A stretch of DNA of 32,000 nucleotides from NCBI RefSeq assembly GCF_003966335.1, contig NZ_CP034549.1, positions 1,320,001 to 1,352,000 on the forward strand. The letters are read 5' to 3'. The notes under the pieces were generated by a model. That model ran no database searches. It was given only the letters and a program-made list of their open reading frames with translations, and was not told the DNA's origin. The DNA comes from Nonlabens ponticola (GTDB taxonomy: Bacteria > Bacteroidota > Bacteroidia > Flavobacteriales > Flavobacteriaceae). The position numbers and the translations under genes are program-made. Below are positions 30,080 to 32,000 of the stretch, in pieces. How positions within the stretch are numbered: position 1 is the stretch's first letter; every line of letters starts with the position of its first letter.

Positions 30080-30847
30080 CATAAAACTAATATTTTGACT
30101 GCACCATACGTAAAAACAACTACAGAAAATCAAATACAAACCATAGAATTCTTCCATCCAGCGCACAACTCGCTGCCAGGAGATATTCTGGCGCAACTTG
30201 CACAAGCCATAACAGATGCTGGTAATGACGATGCCACCAAAGTCATCATCCTAAAATCTGGTGGCGAGCGCACCTTTTGTGCTGGAGCCAGTTTTAAGGA
30301 ATTGATTGCCATCGATGACGCTCAGACTGGTGAGAAATTTTTTATGGGATTTGCAAATGTGATCAACGCCATGCGCAAATGTCCAAAGTTCATAATCGGG
30401 CGTGTACAAGGAAAAACAGTTGGTGGTGGCGTTGGTGTCGCTAGTGCAACAGATTATTGTTTTGCAACCAAATTTGCCAGCATCAAATTGAGCGAACTCA
30501 ACATAGGTATTGGACCCTTTGTGGTTGGTCCAGCGGTAGAACGCAAACTAGGATTGAGTGGTATGAGCCAAATTGCGATCAACGCCAATGAATTTTACTC
30601 ACCAGAATGGGCGCAACAAAAAGGATTGTTTGCTGAAGTGTATGAATCTACCGAAGCCATGGATGAAGCAGTACAAAAGTTTGCAGAAAATCTATGCAAC
30701 TACAATCCAGAAGCCATGAAACACATGAAAGAAATGATGTGGTCTAATTGCAATCATTGGGATACTTTACTTGCGGAGCGAGCCAAGATTTCAGGAAAAT
30801 TGGTGTTGAGCGAGTTTACTAAAAAGACCTTGAAGAGATTTAAGTAG
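30074..30847 (+). CDS. Enoyl-CoA hydratase/isomerase (crotonase) family protein, possibly with a PaaF-like role
   Basis: 257 aa counted from TTG 30074. There is no ATG near the N-terminus, and an alternative TTG at 30095 gives (M)TAPYVKT. The FCAGASFKE and GGGVGVASATDY crotonase motifs are present. Confidence 0.85.
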   Translation: MTHKTNILTAPYVKTTTENQIQTIEFFHPAHNSLPGDILAQLAQAITDAGNDDATKVIILKSGGERTFCAGASFKELIAIDDAQTGEKFFMGFANVINAMRKCPKFIIGRVQGKTVGGGVGVASATDYCFATKFASIKLSELNIGIGPFVVGPAVERKLGLSGMSQIAINANEFYSPEWAQQKGLFAEVYESTEAMDEAVQKFAENLCNYNPEAMKHMKEMMWSNCNHWDTLLAERAKISGKLVLSEFTKKTLKRFK

Positions 30848-30955
30848 AGCTGTAAGGCACCCATTTCATCGATACAATTATCTGATTCATAGATTTTGTT
30901 CTTCGTGACCTGTGTTGCGTGATGATATTGCAGTCATCATTCAAATAAGCAAGTC

Positions 30956-32000
30956 ATGAAAACTGTCATCATTATCTCAGTTGTATTTTTTATCAGCAAC
31001 TTCACTCGAGTATCTGCATCAGTTGATTGTGATTGTAAGCAAGAGCTTAACTTTTATTATAATTCACTTAAAGAGATTGAATCTTATGAGCAAATCAAAG
31101 GATCAAACGAGCAGGAATTTGATGAGCTATATGCTGACTTGATTCATTCAATCAGTGGTAATGTGACTAGAGTTGAATGTTTTAGAAAGATTTCTCAATT
31201 ATCTGCGCTCATAAAAGATGAGCATGCGCTTCCAATCATGAAAGGTTTTCCTATCGAGAAAGGAGATAGCCTCACTAATCCTACAACGCTAGCACAGCTG
31301 CGATCTAGCGATTACTTTCAAGAATTGCCTAGAGTTTCAATGAATCTTGATTCATTGCAGACAGTACTTGAACCAAGACCTATAGATAAAGTTGAAGGAT
31401 TATATCCTTTAAAAGACATGACATTGGGAATCGTCAAAACTTCCAACAATGAATACATCTCTGTCGTCATAACTTCAGAGTCAGATCTATGGGAGCCTGG
31501 TATGATTCAAGGTTATTATACCCAATTGCCATCAGGTAATTTTCAGGTCACATTTGCGCAGTTATCTCACAAACAATGGTACACTGTGCGCAATGAGAAT
31601 TTTGCAAATGGTCGTTTTTTTATCACCAGACTCAAAAAAGAAAATTTGCCTCAATTCTATGACATTATCGATGAGAACGAGGCCAAATTTAGCTACAAGC
31701 GCATCAATAAGGATGTTGACTACCTAAGAATGGGTAGCTTCTCTCGCATGACTAATAATGTAGCACAATCTAAAGAGTTACTTGCTCAAGTAGAAGGTAA
31801 GCTAAACGGCGACCACTTAATTTTTGATTTGCGCAACAATAGCGGTGGTGCAGCTCGAGTTTCAAAGCCTTACCGCAAGCTGATCAAAAAATTTGCTAAA
31901 AACGGTAAAGTCTGGATTCTATTAAACAAATACTCGGCTAGCCAGGCAGAAATCACTGCATTAAGCTTGAAAGATCTTGACAACGTTAAATTGGTGGGAC
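30956..32000 (+). CDS. S41 family (C-terminal processing/tail-specific-like) peptidase, 3'-truncated by the window end
   Basis: My own translation from ATG 30956: MKTVIIISVVFFISNFTRVSAS... is open to base 32000. It contains LIFDLRNNSGG and SASQAEITALSLK, which resemble the S41 motifs. It is absent from the ORF track because it has no stop in the window. Confidence 0.75.
   Translation, partial: MKTVIIISVVFFISNFTRVSASVDCDCKQELNFYYNSLKEIESYEQIKGSNEQEFDELYADLIHSISGNVTRVECFRKISQLSALIKDEHALPIMKGFPIEKGDSLTNPTTLAQLRSSDYFQELPRVSMNLDSLQTVLEPRPIDKVEGLYPLKDMTLGIVKTSNNEYISVVITSESDLWEPGMIQGYYTQLPSGNFQVTFAQLSHKQWYTVRNENFANGRFFITRLKKENLPQFYDIIDENEAKFSYKRINKDVDYLRMGSFSRMTNNVAQSKELLAQVEGKLNGDHLIFDLRNNSGGAARVSKPYRKLIKKFAKNGKVWILLNKYSASQAEITALSLKDLDNVKLVG

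Noticed and set aside
1-32000. Search for CRISPR arrays, tRNA, rRNA or tmRNA genes
   Set aside because: No regularly spaced direct repeats exist; the palindrome copies are kilobases apart and irregularly spaced. I also noticed no cloverleaf-like or rRNA-like conserved stretches by eye. A tRNAscan/Infernal run would be needed for certainty.

Overview
This window looks like a chromosomal segment of a Flavobacteriia-type Bacteroidota genome. That is an inference from the protein families, one TAnnTTTG-type promoter box and the small hairpin repeats; no database search was possible. Bases 1-11.1 kb carry housekeeping genes (aroQ, a TM2-domain protein, lpdA, pyrD, a LysE exporter), a trehalose module (a GH15 hydrolase divergent from a fused OtsA-OtsB synthase/phosphatase) and HMG-CoA lyase. 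Bases 11.1-12.2 kb hold one IS110-family insertion sequence that appears to sit in the loop of a pre-existing hairpin repeat. Bases 12.5-30.8 kb hold a phenylacetate catabolic (paa) cluster, paaE-A-B-C-D-G-H-I-J ... paaZ-crotonase. The cluster is interrupted by several non-paa genes: a four-helix-bundle (23S-IVS/Avd-like) gene, a YdjM-like membrane hydrolase, an AT-rich stand-alone SIR2-like gene, a three-gene surface-protein block and a small GIY-YIG nuclease gene. The window ends in a truncated S41 peptidase gene. The most unusual signals are at the DNA level. (1) A perfect palindrome with core GCTTTCGCGAAAGC occurs 11 times, plus one split copy, in 32 kb, both between genes and in frame inside seven unrelated genes. 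(2) The split copy in paaH carries a 45-nt in-frame insertion exactly at the palindrome centre. (3) A second hairpin family (AAGCCGTC-loop-GACGGCTT) forms 26-bp perfect inverted repeats around the GIY-YIG gene. (4) A third hairpin family (TGTCATGCTG...) appears to be the IS110 target. The best protein-level candidates for something new are the stand-alone SIR2-like protein at 20399-21496 and the AT-rich orphan gene at 5338-5949. All product calls come from motif recognition by eye and need HMM or structure confirmation.
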